Positions 17,718 through 27,468 of a DNA stretch of 64,000 bases are shown here, one piece after another. The stretch lies in the NCBI GenBank assembly GCA_045630455.1, contig JAZQTD010000044.1:6335-70334 (forward strand). Reading direction: 5' to 3'. Positions within the stretch are counted from its first letter, which is position 1; each line of letters opens with the position of its first letter. Origin of the DNA: Candidatus Enterousia sp. (GTDB lineage Bacteria > Pseudomonadota > Alphaproteobacteria > Rs-D84). The notes below the pieces were generated by a model, which did not search any database, had not been told where the DNA came from, and was given only the letters and a program-made list of their open reading frames with translations. Made by a program: the position numbers and the translations under genes.

Positions 17718-19291
17718 TTTATCGCCCCTTCGATTCGTTTAATAACACGTTCACCCCCCATAACAGACATAATTGAATACAGGTCTGGGGTATTTGTACG
17801 ACCCGACAATGCCACACGCAGATTCATCGCCACATCGCCATTTTTTACACCTGCTTTTTCTGCAATTGCGACGATTTTTGCCCACCAAGTATCTTTGTCA
17901 TCCGATTCGTTATAGGTTTCCAAAAACGCCTTTAACACATCCTGATTAAATTCATATTCAGTGTTGGCTTGGAACAAATCATCCCAGAAAAACGCAACAT
18001 TTTCCAGCGTCTGCGACCAAGTAATAAAGTCTTTGCGCACACGCTTTGGGTTATCGCGTTCAATCCCCAATACGCCCGTCAGATATGCGCCGTCTGCGAC
18101 CTGCATTTTTTGTGTATCATTACCATATTCATTTGCCCAGCTTGTTACACGATTAACCAATTCAGGCACCGACAACGATCCAATAAATTCCTTGGCCCAC
18201 CATTCCAGTTTTTTCATATCAAACAACGCACCAGACATAGGAATCTTTTTAGCACGCATTTCATAATCCCAGAACGACTTAACCTGCCCTTTCATTTTGG
18301 CTTCTTCGTACCCCGATGCAGCAATATTACCCAGATATTCAATTACCGCCTCAACCGGCCAGCCCGCTTCCAAGAAAAACGCAACATTTGCTTCTGGGTC
18401 TTTACGCTTGGATAATTTACGTTGTTTACCCGTTTCTTCGTCTATTTTATCAATCGTTGATGTATGAATATACAGTGGTGCGTTCCAACCCATCATACGG
18501 AACAATTGCACGTGCAATGGCAGGGACGGCAACCATTCTTCACCACGAATAACATGCGTAGTACGCATAAAGTGGTCATCACACAAATGCGCAAAATGAT
18601 ATGTTGGCAAACCATCATTTGATTTAATCAAAACAATATCTTCGTTATTTTCTGGAAACCCGATTGAACCACGAACCGCATCTTTACAGAAAATACGCTG
18701 TTCTGGATTTCCAACTGAATACAAGCGAATTGATGGAACTAAACCATTATCCAAATGCGCAACAATTTCCGCTTCGGTTAAATTTCTATCACGTGCAAAT
18801 TCGCCATAGATACCGGTTGCAAATCCCGCCGCTTTTTGATTTTCACGAATTTGTTCCATATCTTCTGCACTTAAAAAGCACGGATACGCCAAACCATTTT
18901 CCAACAAATGTGCCACCACCGAATGATAAATATCTTTGCGCTGTGATTGGTAATACGGACCATATTTTTCATCATTATTATAATTCAAACCGAATCGGTC
19001 CATTGATGCCTCTATAATTTTAACGGCGTCCATAACTTCGCGCTTGGTATCTGTATCTTCGATACGCAACATAAACACACCACCTGATTGCTGGGCCAAT
19101 TTACAGTCTATCAACGCACCATACAAACCACCGATATGCATATATCCCGTTGGACTGGGGGCGAATCTTGTAACCATTGCGCCGTCCGCAAGATTGCGCG
19201 CCGGAAACTTTTCTTCTAATTCATCCAATGTATATTTTGGTGCCGCGCCCAACACACGTGCGATTAAGTCTTTTGATAAACCCGTTCTCAT
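17714..19291 (-). CDS. gltX: glutamate--tRNA ligase
   Basis: TRFAPSPTG, HIGG, LRIEDTD, PTYHFA, HVIRGEEW and KLSKR motifs; ATG at 19291 overlaps the upstream TGA (ATGA). Confidence 0.95.
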   Translation of the reverse strand: MRTGLSKDLIARVLGAAPKYTLDELEEKFPARNLADGAMVTRFAPSPTGYMHIGGLYGALIDCKLAQQSGGVFMLRIEDTDTKREVMDAVKIIEASMDRFGLNYNNDEKYGPYYQSQRKDIYHSVVAHLLENGLAYPCFLSAEDMEQIRENQKAAGFATGIYGEFARDRNLTEAEIVAHLDNGLVPSIRLYSVGNPEQRIFCKDAVRGSIGFPENNEDIVLIKSNDGLPTYHFAHLCDDHFMRTTHVIRGEEWLPSLPLHVQLFRMMGWNAPLYIHTSTIDKIDEETGKQRKLSKRKDPEANVAFFLEAGWPVEAVIEYLGNIAASGYEEAKMKGQVKSFWDYEMRAKKIPMSGALFDMKKLEWWAKEFIGSLSVPELVNRVTSWANEYGNDTQKMQVADGAYLTGVLGIERDNPKRVRKDFITWSQTLENVAFFWDDLFQANTEYEFNQDVLKAFLETYNESDDKDTWWAKIVAIAEKAGVKNGDVAMNLRVALSGRTNTPDLYSIMSVMGGERVIKRIEGAIK

Positions 19292-20001
19292 TTTTGTTTC
19301 CCTTTTTTCCATTCTGATTTCAATTTGTTATACTTTTTCCATTGATCAAGATAACTTTTCGGGGGCCAAATCCAAGACACCTTTTGCAATCCCGTTGGTC
19401 TCTCTAGCCATTCGGACAATGTTTTAGAATATACAACAATATCATGAACCACACCCGACGGCATTTTTTCCGCCGCCGGTAAAATACATTCTTGTCTGTA
19501 CCCCAAACGTTCTGGAATCCGACGCGAGCGCTTATTTTCTGTGGCACAACGAATTTCCACTTTTTTCGCATCACCATACAAAAAACATAACATTTCAGCC
19601 TTGCCCACGGCCCACGTCATAACCCCATGACCATTATATCGTGGATCATGCCAATATCCTATTTCCATCGTTCCGGTATTTTTATCTTCACGAACAACGC
19701 CAACCACGCCCGTCAACCAACCGTTCAGTCGCAGATAATATTTACATGTCGTTCTGTCGGTCAATGATTCCACAATTGGCATTTCATCTGCCGGACTTTT
19801 CACAGAATCAACCCATGGCAACCACGGTCTAAAAAAATCACGGTTCGCATTTATAGCACCATACAATTCGTTGGCAATCATCTGATTAGCCCCTATTGGC
19901 TTATACATTCCCCCACTAAAATCACCACGAACACAGTAAACGGGTTCTGTATCATTCCAACCACTGTCTATTAGACTAATAACTTCTGGATACTCTGCCA
20001 T
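19288..20001 (-). CDS. RimJ/RimL-family GNAT acetyltransferase
   Basis: NR.FFRPWLPW, EIGYW, GHGVMT and N.RS..IPERLGY motifs; SD AAGGA before ATG 20001. Confidence 0.85.
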   Translation of the reverse strand: MAEYPEVISLIDSGWNDTEPVYCVRGDFSGGMYKPIGANQMIANELYGAINANRDFFRPWLPWVDSVKSPADEMPIVESLTDRTTCKYYLRLNGWLTGVVGVVREDKNTGTMEIGYWHDPRYNGHGVMTWAVGKAEMLCFLYGDAKKVEIRCATENKRSRRIPERLGYRQECILPAAEKMPSGVVHDIVVYSKTLSEWLERPTGLQKVSWIWPPKSYLDQWKKYNKLKSEWKKGKQK

Positions 20002-20049
20002 ATCTATATATTCCTTGTATTTTAACAAACTCAATTCTATACTAAATAT

Positions 20050-20673
20050 ATGGAAAAACAAGAAATAAGAACATTTGGTCGCCGTCATGGCAAGAAATTA
20101 TCAAGCCGTCAAAATTGGCTGGTTGAAAACCTGTTACCAACCCTAAAACCCGAATCGGGTGACATATTGGAAATTGGATTTGGTGCGGGCGAACACGTAC
20201 GCGATTTGGCGCGCAATAATCCAAGAAAAATCATTATCGGCGCAGAACCATTTATGAATGGCGTAGCATCACTGTTATCTGCAATGACCGACGAAAAAAC
20301 AAACGCTGTTTTTGACGAATATAAAAACATCAGAATCTGGGCGGATGACGTGCGTGACTTTTTGCGTGGGACCGATTCGAAGTTTTCTCAAATTTGGGTA
20401 TTGCACCCCGACCCCTGGCCCAAGGCCCGCCATGAAAAACGCCGCCTGTTGTCGGCTGAGTTTTTGAATACCTTGTCCAAATATCTGGCACCAGATGGCA
20501 AAATAATTATCGGCACAGACCATTGGGAATATTTTGACTGGATTTTGGAACAAATTAAATCGACAAATTTAACCGCCACAATTCCAGATATGGAAAATAT
20601 CCAAACCCGGTACCAGCATAAAAATAAAGCAGGCACCAAAAATCCAAAATATCTGATTTTGAAAAACGCTTAA
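20050..20673 (+). CDS. trmB: tRNA (guanine-N7)-methyltransferase
   Basis: IRTFGRR, LEIGFGAGEH, HPDPWPKARHEKRRL and GTD motifs. Confidence 0.95.
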   Translation: MEKQEIRTFGRRHGKKLSSRQNWLVENLLPTLKPESGDILEIGFGAGEHVRDLARNNPRKIIIGAEPFMNGVASLLSAMTDEKTNAVFDEYKNIRIWADDVRDFLRGTDSKFSQIWVLHPDPWPKARHEKRRLLSAEFLNTLSKYLAPDGKIIIGTDHWEYFDWILEQIKSTNLTATIPDMENIQTRYQHKNKAGTKNPKYLILKNA

Positions 20674-21344
20674 TAATTTACAAAAAATCGCAGGTCTTTT
20701 GCCAATTCTGGACGAACAGATTCAACCAGTCTGCGTGCCTGGTCGATTCGTTCGGGACGATTTTCCAGCGCAAAATACAACGCACCACCGAATTCAGAAT
20801 CCCACGCATTCAGCATCCCAAACACCCGCCCCACAAAATCTGATTTTTTGCCCATGTCTTTCGTCAAAGCAAAGCACACCGCCGATGCATTTATTCGCTT
20901 TAATTCACCAAATAAATCCGCCCAATCTGATGCATCGATATCGCCAATATCCAACCCAATAACCAACTGGCGATTAAAGAACAAATCATCACGAATAATT
21001 GCAACCTGGTCTATCATTGGGGCCAAATGCATATACCGAACAAAGACCATTGCGCCACACGCCCCACTCTTAAAAGACTGATTTATTTTTATGGTTAAAT
21101 CAGACATAACATTTTCATCGATTTTTTCATCGCCGACATAGAACCGCCCCAATAAACCAATGGGCTTATCTTCTGTCCATGGCCACACAACCGGCACAAC
21201 ATCTGGCGGCACAGATAACATATCTGCATTCCAATCCGTCGCATATTGCACCATACGCGCTAAATCTGCCCCATCTGTATCAGCACCACACCAAATACCG
21301 ATACGACTTTGAATTTCTAACAAAAAAGTTTTTGTATCAATCAT
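20670..21344 (-). CDS. hypothetical protein, weak resemblance to DeoC-type aldolase TIM barrel without catalytic Lys
   Basis: Alternating alpha/beta pattern (MLSVPP, F..GA, ...RINASAVCF); start moved to MIDTK. Confidence 0.35.
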   Translation of the reverse strand: MIDTKTFLLEIQSRIGIWCGADTDGADLARMVQYATDWNADMLSVPPDVVPVVWPWTEDKPIGLLGRFYVGDEKIDENVMSDLTIKINQSFKSGACGAMVFVRYMHLAPMIDQVAIIRDDLFFNRQLVIGLDIGDIDASDWADLFGELKRINASAVCFALTKDMGKKSDFVGRVFGMLNAWDSEFGGALYFALENRPERIDQARRLVESVRPELAKDLRFFVNY

Positions 21345-21387
21345 AACGCTTTTTACTTTATCACAAATATGATACAATAAAAACCAA

Positions 21388-22311
21388 ATGAGAAAGAATT
21401 TTGAAAATATTTTATTAGGACTTTTGTGGTTGCTGGCTGCGACCCTGGGTACAACATTTTGGTTTAACACACGATTCGGATTTAATCTGTTTTCTGGGGC
21501 ACATTGGGACTACCTTGCTACACAACAGGCAACACGCGCACCGGTCAGTTTTTGGTTTTACTTTTCATTCGTGGCGGCAACGTTTATCACACTGTTTGTT
21601 CTATATCTGTTAATACGCCCGCGCAAGCGTAACATTAAAATATCTGCACCACAAAAACCGGCTCAGACCGCACCACAAACCACAACAAATAATGATGCGT
21701 CCCAGATAAACATAACACCAGGCGTGATTCAGCATACACCAATTGAACCAACTTCGCCCACACCGGCTGCACCGATACCACCACGACCACCACGCTTAAA
21801 CATTGCGCCTGCAAATACATTTGCGCCCGCAGCAATGGCACAGCAGTCTGCAACGCAACCCACTGTTCCAATGATGCAAACAACACCACAACTGCAAACG
21901 AAACAAGATTGGCCAGAAATCCGCGAAATCTTTTCAATGGCGGGCTATGTGATTAAGCCAGAACCACGTATCAACGGTAAAAAATTGGCATTACTTGCCA
22001 TCGGCACAGACGAAGTTTTATGGATGGGCGCAGTTGGCATATCGACATCCCAAATGCAATCTTGTGTCAACAAACTGGAACAGTTATTCCACGACACACT
22101 GGAAGACATCGAAATCAATGTTAATGCGTTTGTATTAAATCCGACCGATACTGCGTCTGATTCGAACATATTAACATTTGACACAATTGATTCTTTGCGT
22201 GATTATATGAATACACATCGCAACACGCCACTGGCCGCTGATGATGCTGGAAACTTTGCGGCATATTCTGAATATATAACGACCGTGATTGAATACATAG
22301 GAAAACTGTAA
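21388..22311 (+). CDS. membrane-anchored hypothetical protein: two TMs, Pro/Gln/Thr-rich linker, C-terminal alpha/beta domain
   Basis: Two N-terminal hydrophobic helices, PTSPTPAAPIPPRPP linker; TAATG coupling to the next gene. Confidence 0.6.
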   Translation: MRKNFENILLGLLWLLAATLGTTFWFNTRFGFNLFSGAHWDYLATQQATRAPVSFWFYFSFVAATFITLFVLYLLIRPRKRNIKISAPQKPAQTAPQTTTNNDASQINITPGVIQHTPIEPTSPTPAAPIPPRPPRLNIAPANTFAPAAMAQQSATQPTVPMMQTTPQLQTKQDWPEIREIFSMAGYVIKPEPRINGKKLALLAIGTDEVLWMGAVGISTSQMQSCVNKLEQLFHDTLEDIEINVNAFVLNPTDTASDSNILTFDTIDSLRDYMNTHRNTPLAADDAGNFAAYSEYITTVIEYIGKL

Positions 22312-22811
22312 TGCAATTAAACGCGGGTACTGCGGAAAAGATTTTATCTGATATGTCAATGGACGATATGCCCGTGATTGAATATACACCCTGCCCGACG
22401 GCACTGACCCCCGACTGGTTCAAGAAATACAAAGAATTATGTCACGAATTTACATCAAGTTTAACGGACTCGGTCCAAGAATTGGCGTTTATGAATTTAT
22501 CCCAAGATGAATTTATGGGCTTGCTTATGGGACAAAGTATACCAAAGAATATCTCGTTCCGTTTTCGTATACCATTGATGTGGGGCGGAAAACTGGAAAT
22601 CGATAATATGTTTATGTGCTGGACATTTCCGCACAGCATGCGCCTTGATAAATTTTTAATAATGCAATCTGATGCGAAAACAGTCTGGTTACCAAACCCC
22701 AGTAAAAAAATATACCTACCGGCACATACGGCGGGTGGCGGCGATGGTGGCAACGCAACCGAAGACCGTTTGGCTCAAATGGCGGCACAACTGGCGACGG
22801 AACGGGAATAA
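22311..22811 (+). CDS. degenerate HNH-endonuclease (polymorphic-toxin type) homolog
   Basis: G..IP.N.SFRFRIPLMWGG.LEIDNMFMC...PH fits the G..P.g..vHH..PL..GG.n...Nl.L...H pattern with the His pair lost. Confidence 0.55.
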   Translation: MQLNAGTAEKILSDMSMDDMPVIEYTPCPTALTPDWFKKYKELCHEFTSSLTDSVQELAFMNLSQDEFMGLLMGQSIPKNISFRFRIPLMWGGKLEIDNMFMCWTFPHSMRLDKFLIMQSDAKTVWLPNPSKKIYLPAHTAGGGDGGNATEDRLAQMAAQLATERE

Positions 22812-22827
22812 GAAAGACGGATAAAAA

Positions 22828-23268
22828 ATGGCTATGACACGTGACGAATTTTTATCAGCAATTATATCCCGCGGCGCGTTTGTTGCGCCTCCTGCAACAC
22901 CACAACAAATTACACATACAAATTCTGCTCTGCAAAGTATACGTGCGGCAATTTTACCAATGTTTATGATTGAATTTTTTTCGGCGGCGGGTGGATTGTC
23001 ACTGGATTCCGGATACATATTTGGTCCAAATGAAATTGAAAACGGTCCACGCACACCGGTCCCAGATATTGTGACAGTCAATCGTGAAATGGGCGGTTTG
23101 TCAAATACAGTGGGTAAAACAATATTCGGTCGCAACGATTTATTTTTGTTTGCATTTGATACATTTGGCACGTGCTATATGCTAGACAATCTGGGATTGC
23201 GCCCATTGCGTAAATACGATGATCCATATCGTGCGATGATTGATTGCCTGATTGCTGGGAAATATTAA
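22828..23268 (+). CDS. SMI1/KNR4 (SUKH)-family protein
   Basis: PPATPQQI.......I..ILP.F..EFF..AGGL motif, hydrophobic strands IFG..D.F.FAFD. Confidence 0.7.
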   Translation: MAMTRDEFLSAIISRGAFVAPPATPQQITHTNSALQSIRAAILPMFMIEFFSAAGGLSLDSGYIFGPNEIENGPRTPVPDIVTVNREMGGLSNTVGKTIFGRNDLFLFAFDTFGTCYMLDNLGLRPLRKYDDPYRAMIDCLIAGKY

Positions 23269-23272
23269 AGAG

Positions 23273-23479
23273 ATGAAAAAAATATCTGTATCTTTGTCGG
23301 GTCATCAAACCAGTATCACCCTGGAACCAGAATTTATTGATATATTAAAAAAGATTGCCGCCGCACGCAACACATCGGTTGCATCAATTATTTGTGAAAT
23401 AGATAATACACGTACACCGGAAACCAACCTGTCCTCTGCTATACGCGTGTGGATTTTGAATCAAGTTATGAAACATTAA
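23273..23479 (+). CDS. ribbon-helix-helix protein (RHH_4 type)
   Basis: KISVSLSGHQTSITLEPEF...L..IA..IC.ID..NLSSAIRV. Confidence 0.85.
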   Translation: MKKISVSLSGHQTSITLEPEFIDILKKIAAARNTSVASIICEIDNTRTPETNLSSAIRVWILNQVMKH

Positions 23480-25491
23480 TCTTTTTTATCAACTGCATTC
23501 ATTGCAATTGCGGACATGCACGCAAATGCTAGTATAATTATAAACCACCAATTCATACCCAACGCGCGATATGGTGTCATATGCGCACCCCATACAAATC
23601 CATCAATATGCCCAGATACACCAATTGGCATACTGTCAATTATCACACCGTCTGCACCAACAAAAGCACTTATTCCTGAATAGTTCGCCCTAACAATCGG
23701 CAATCCTGATTCAATTGCATAACGGCGCACCATATCCAAATGTTGATATGCCCCAGGCGTTTTACCAAACCAATTATCGTTTGTAATATTGATAATCGCA
23801 TCTGGACTTAATGCCGCGCCACGTGGGATTAAAGAATCTGAAAAAATAATCTCATAGCATACCGCAGGCGCAAAAACAAAATCACGTCCAGAAATATTCA
23901 GGCTGATTAATTCTGGCCCATCACCTGGGGCTAAATTCGCCGGACTTGGCAAAAACCCAAGTGGGCTATATTCCCCAAATGGCACCAAGTGTGATTTGCT
24001 GTATACGCGGGTAATACGCCCATTTTCATCAGAAACTACCAGCGAATTTTGCACCCCAACCGATGGATTATACGTTGTTGCACCGATAATAACATTTGTC
24101 CCCAGTGCCGTTCCCAACGGCATTTTGTCCCCATCAACCAATGCAAACGGATATGTCGTTTCGGGATAAACTATTAAATCAGGACTAATATCCCCCACCC
24201 CCATAAACAACAATTTATCCAGATTTTCTTCGGCATTTTTTATTGCCTGTTCACGATTATGCGTTGCCTTTTGCGTTTGGGATAAAGAAGGTTGAACAAT
24301 GCGAATCAATTGCGGTTTTAATTCTGCACCACTATCAGCACGCATCATATTTTCACGCCCCGCAAACACCCCCACCAGCAACAAAACAATAAACGCCATC
24401 AACGTTGCAATATTTATACGACGACGATGCTTACACAGAACCTCAACCACCGCAGCACAAAAACCAACAATTATAAACGTCAGTCCCAACGCCCCCCATA
24501 ACGACATCGAATTTGCAAGCCATGGCATCGGCATAGAAATATTTGCAATAGGATTCCACGGAAAACCTGTAAACACCCATTCTCGCAACCATAAAACAAT
24601 TGTCCAAACACCTGCAAAAAAGAACGGACGTGCCGCAGACTTCATCTGTACAACACGCAAAATTGCAAACGGCACACCAAATATGATTGCACCCGCCAGC
24701 CCCAATCCAATTATCCCAGGCACAGTCCAAATCGCATATTGTGCGGTTATTTCAGGCACAACATAGATTGAATTTAACGCCCACCAAAACATAGAAATTC
24801 CATACATTGCACCAAATGGCAACACATGCAAAAATGCACGCCAAAATCCAACCGATTTATCCGCCCGTACGGTCAACCAATACGCCACCATTAAACATAT
24901 CAACGTCAACCACCACATATTAAATGGAGCAAATCCAAACGCCGCAAACGCACCAAACACTGCGTACAGCGCATATTGCCAAAAACCATCAACACGCAAA
25001 TTAAACCTTTTTAACCACGCAAACAATCCCGCCCCCGGACACCCATGTTCACATTCTGCAATCAAATCATCGTACGGATTTTTTATCCCCAATTTTGCAA
25101 GAATTTTTATTTCTTTACCTTCCATTTGTTTTGCCTGTTTATCGGTTAAATGGTCATACCCCAAAAGATGCAACACACCATGCACAACCATATGCGCCAC
25201 GTGTTCTGCGACAGATTTTTTTTGTTCGGTGGCCTCACGTTTGACTGTGTCCAGCGATATATAAATATCCCCCAACAACACATCATCACCCAATTCAAAA
25301 GACAGAACATTTGTCGGGCTGTCTTTGCCACGATAATCACGATTAAGCGCATGAATTTCCGCATCATCAGTCAAGACGATTGATACCTCTGCATCGGGTG
25401 ATGCTAAAGAATCCAGCGCAGACACGATTTTTTCAAAATCGATTTTATATTTTTTCCACCGCTTATCATGTATATCAACAAAGACTTTCAT
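23476..25491 (-). CDS. ybeY-lnt: YbeY endoribonuclease / apolipoprotein N-acyltransferase Lnt fusion
   Basis: LNRDYRGKDSPTNVLSF and HGVLHLLGYDH, then in frame GFPWN, YPE, KSHLVPFGEY, VCYE and NDNWFG. Confidence 0.9.
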   Translation of the reverse strand: MKVFVDIHDKRWKKYKIDFEKIVSALDSLASPDAEVSIVLTDDAEIHALNRDYRGKDSPTNVLSFELGDDVLLGDIYISLDTVKREATEQKKSVAEHVAHMVVHGVLHLLGYDHLTDKQAKQMEGKEIKILAKLGIKNPYDDLIAECEHGCPGAGLFAWLKRFNLRVDGFWQYALYAVFGAFAAFGFAPFNMWWLTLICLMVAYWLTVRADKSVGFWRAFLHVLPFGAMYGISMFWWALNSIYVVPEITAQYAIWTVPGIIGLGLAGAIIFGVPFAILRVVQMKSAARPFFFAGVWTIVLWLREWVFTGFPWNPIANISMPMPWLANSMSLWGALGLTFIIVGFCAAVVEVLCKHRRRINIATLMAFIVLLLVGVFAGRENMMRADSGAELKPQLIRIVQPSLSQTQKATHNREQAIKNAEENLDKLLFMGVGDISPDLIVYPETTYPFALVDGDKMPLGTALGTNVIIGATTYNPSVGVQNSLVVSDENGRITRVYSKSHLVPFGEYSPLGFLPSPANLAPGDGPELISLNISGRDFVFAPAVCYEIIFSDSLIPRGAALSPDAIINITNDNWFGKTPGAYQHLDMVRRYAIESGLPIVRANYSGISAFVGADGVIIDSMPIGVSGHIDGFVWGAHMTPYRALGMNWWFIIILAFACMSAIAMNAVDKKD

Positions 25492-25517
25492 ATTTTTTTC
25501 ACCTTTTCCACAGGCAT

Positions 25518-27467
25518 TTATGCCCGACGTTCATCGCCAATTATCTGCGATAAATCGTTTATTGACGACTTCTTCTTAACTTTGGCTGCCGATGCCTTGA
25601 ACGCCAACTTTTTTAAAGAATCTATTGACTTCTCTGCATCTTGTATCGCTTTCTTATAAAGATCGACAACCTCAGAATCCAAACCTATCATTTCCGCATT
25701 ATCTTTAGCAGTCTTAAAATTCTTTTGTGCCAACTGATATTGTTCTTTGGCCTTGGCTATATTCCCAGATTCCTGTGCCATAATCCCCATTTCATATCGC
25801 GCCAATCCTGCATTATAATAAGTCATTGCCTTAACCCGTCGATCCAGCAACATAGACTTGTTTGCGTTCATATGATCATTGCATTTCACGACTGTTTTAA
25901 TACATTTTGTATAATATTCTTCGGAGTTATTTTTATCCCCCAGCATTTTATACGTTAACGCCAAAGAACTATATGCTTCCATATTATCAGGATTTAATGA
26001 AAGCGCCTCGACATAAAGTTTTTCTGCATCCTCATATTTGCCTTTTTTGAATTTTTTATCCGCCTTGTTTACCAACGCCATAGATTTTTCAGAACTTGAT
26101 TCTGATTGTTTTTCATCAAATTTAAACTGTTTATCAGACTTTTTAATTTCAGCAACAATATCACGTCCTGTATCAAAATTGCTTAAAAATTCACGTACAG
26201 TATTTGTACCTTTTCTGCTGCGTCCCAACAAATATTCAACATTTTGTTGCGTTATAACAAAATGTCCATTTTTATACACCGTATTAACATTAATCATTGA
26301 AAAAGAATCTCGTGTCCAATCAAGCATTTGTTCTGCACTGATTGCACCAATTGCGTACAGTGCACACGTATATCGGCGAACACGCGTACCATCACGCCAC
26401 TTGGACGGAACATTCGACACATCCGCAAACGCATCTGCAACCTGTTGTACAGTTGTAGCAACCGCCAACTTTTTCGCGATACTTTTCATATCCGCAGGTC
26501 GCTGATACCCCACCATAAGCAACGCTATTTGCATTTGTGGTGTAATGTTATCGTATGGTTTAATCGCTTCATATAACGCCGGCAGCGTTTCGTACATTAA
26601 ATGCATACGCACCTGTTCATAGACCTGATTTTTATTCAATGTTAACGTATTAGATTTTTTATTCGCACGTTGATGCAACTTGCCATTATTATCATACCAA
26701 TAGTACCACGTAAGCCCCAATCCATTTGTATAACGCGTCTCACCCGAATGCAATTTCGGTGCTGCACGATATGTTTCCAGTTCGGTCAACGCCACGGCAA
26801 TTTCATCCCAGTACTCTTGTACCGCCTGTTTTACAAATTGTGATTGTGACTGATTTGTACTGACCGCACGCAAATGCGGCACTGTATTATTAATATCTTT
26901 TATTTTAGAATCACCGCTAATTTCATATACACCATCATCATTTTCTTTATCACCTTCAAACAAATCTGATGCCCAACTTTTGAAATCAGTTGTCCACTCT
27001 TTAACCGTTTCTTTGATAACAGAATCTTCTTTTGATAAATCAACACCCGCTATCGTAGCCAAAGTCATAATACAAGTCGCCAGATAATAACTGATATGTC
27101 CAGCTAAATTCGGATTTTTTTTAATAAATGCCTTAAATTTACTGTTTTTAGATTTACCGTCGCTAGTTTTCTTGGTTGTTTTTATTTTACCAAACTCTTT
27201 TTCCAGTTTTCTTGTCAGATGATTATCCAGCAATCCATATTTTAGTGCCCAAAACAAAAATTGTGCGATACCAGACAAACCAATCCCAACGCCTTTTACA
27301 CCCTGCTTCACCTGTTTCACAGGAACTGTTATCGTTGCTTCTTTTTCACCCATCTCTACTTTTATTTTCGGGTTTTCACCTTTTATTTCCCAATCCAACA
27401 ATTTATCCTTGGCGCGTTTAAATGCGCGATGTGGACTATTCACAATTTTTTCAAATTTTTTTGACAT
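25518..27467 (-). CDS. membrane protein with lysozyme-like (GH24) central domain and C-terminal TPRs
   Basis: TM near YYLATCIMTLATIAG; E-TYR...YTNGLGLT, ITPQMQIALL..GY, G..RR; TPR consensus (A..LY.EAL.L.P...EAY..LA); ATG 27467 lies 1 nt after the mucR stop. Confidence 0.55.
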   Translation of the reverse strand: MSKKFEKIVNSPHRAFKRAKDKLLDWEIKGENPKIKVEMGEKEATITVPVKQVKQGVKGVGIGLSGIAQFLFWALKYGLLDNHLTRKLEKEFGKIKTTKKTSDGKSKNSKFKAFIKKNPNLAGHISYYLATCIMTLATIAGVDLSKEDSVIKETVKEWTTDFKSWASDLFEGDKENDDGVYEISGDSKIKDINNTVPHLRAVSTNQSQSQFVKQAVQEYWDEIAVALTELETYRAAPKLHSGETRYTNGLGLTWYYWYDNNGKLHQRANKKSNTLTLNKNQVYEQVRMHLMYETLPALYEAIKPYDNITPQMQIALLMVGYQRPADMKSIAKKLAVATTVQQVADAFADVSNVPSKWRDGTRVRRYTCALYAIGAISAEQMLDWTRDSFSMINVNTVYKNGHFVITQQNVEYLLGRSRKGTNTVREFLSNFDTGRDIVAEIKKSDKQFKFDEKQSESSSEKSMALVNKADKKFKKGKYEDAEKLYVEALSLNPDNMEAYSSLALTYKMLGDKNNSEEYYTKCIKTVVKCNDHMNANKSMLLDRRVKAMTYYNAGLARYEMGIMAQESGNIAKAKEQYQLAQKNFKTAKDNAEMIGLDSEVVDLYKKAIQDAEKSIDSLKKLAFKASAAKVKKKSSINDLSQIIGDERRA

Positions 27468-27468
27468 T

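Noticed and set aside
19292-20049. Search for a Glu-rich leader or PLG cassette for gltX
   Set aside because: gltX is translationally coupled (ATGA) to the GNAT gene, and the 48-bp divergent gap before the GNAT has no such ORF or hairpin. The module is therefore not universal to all aaRS genes here.
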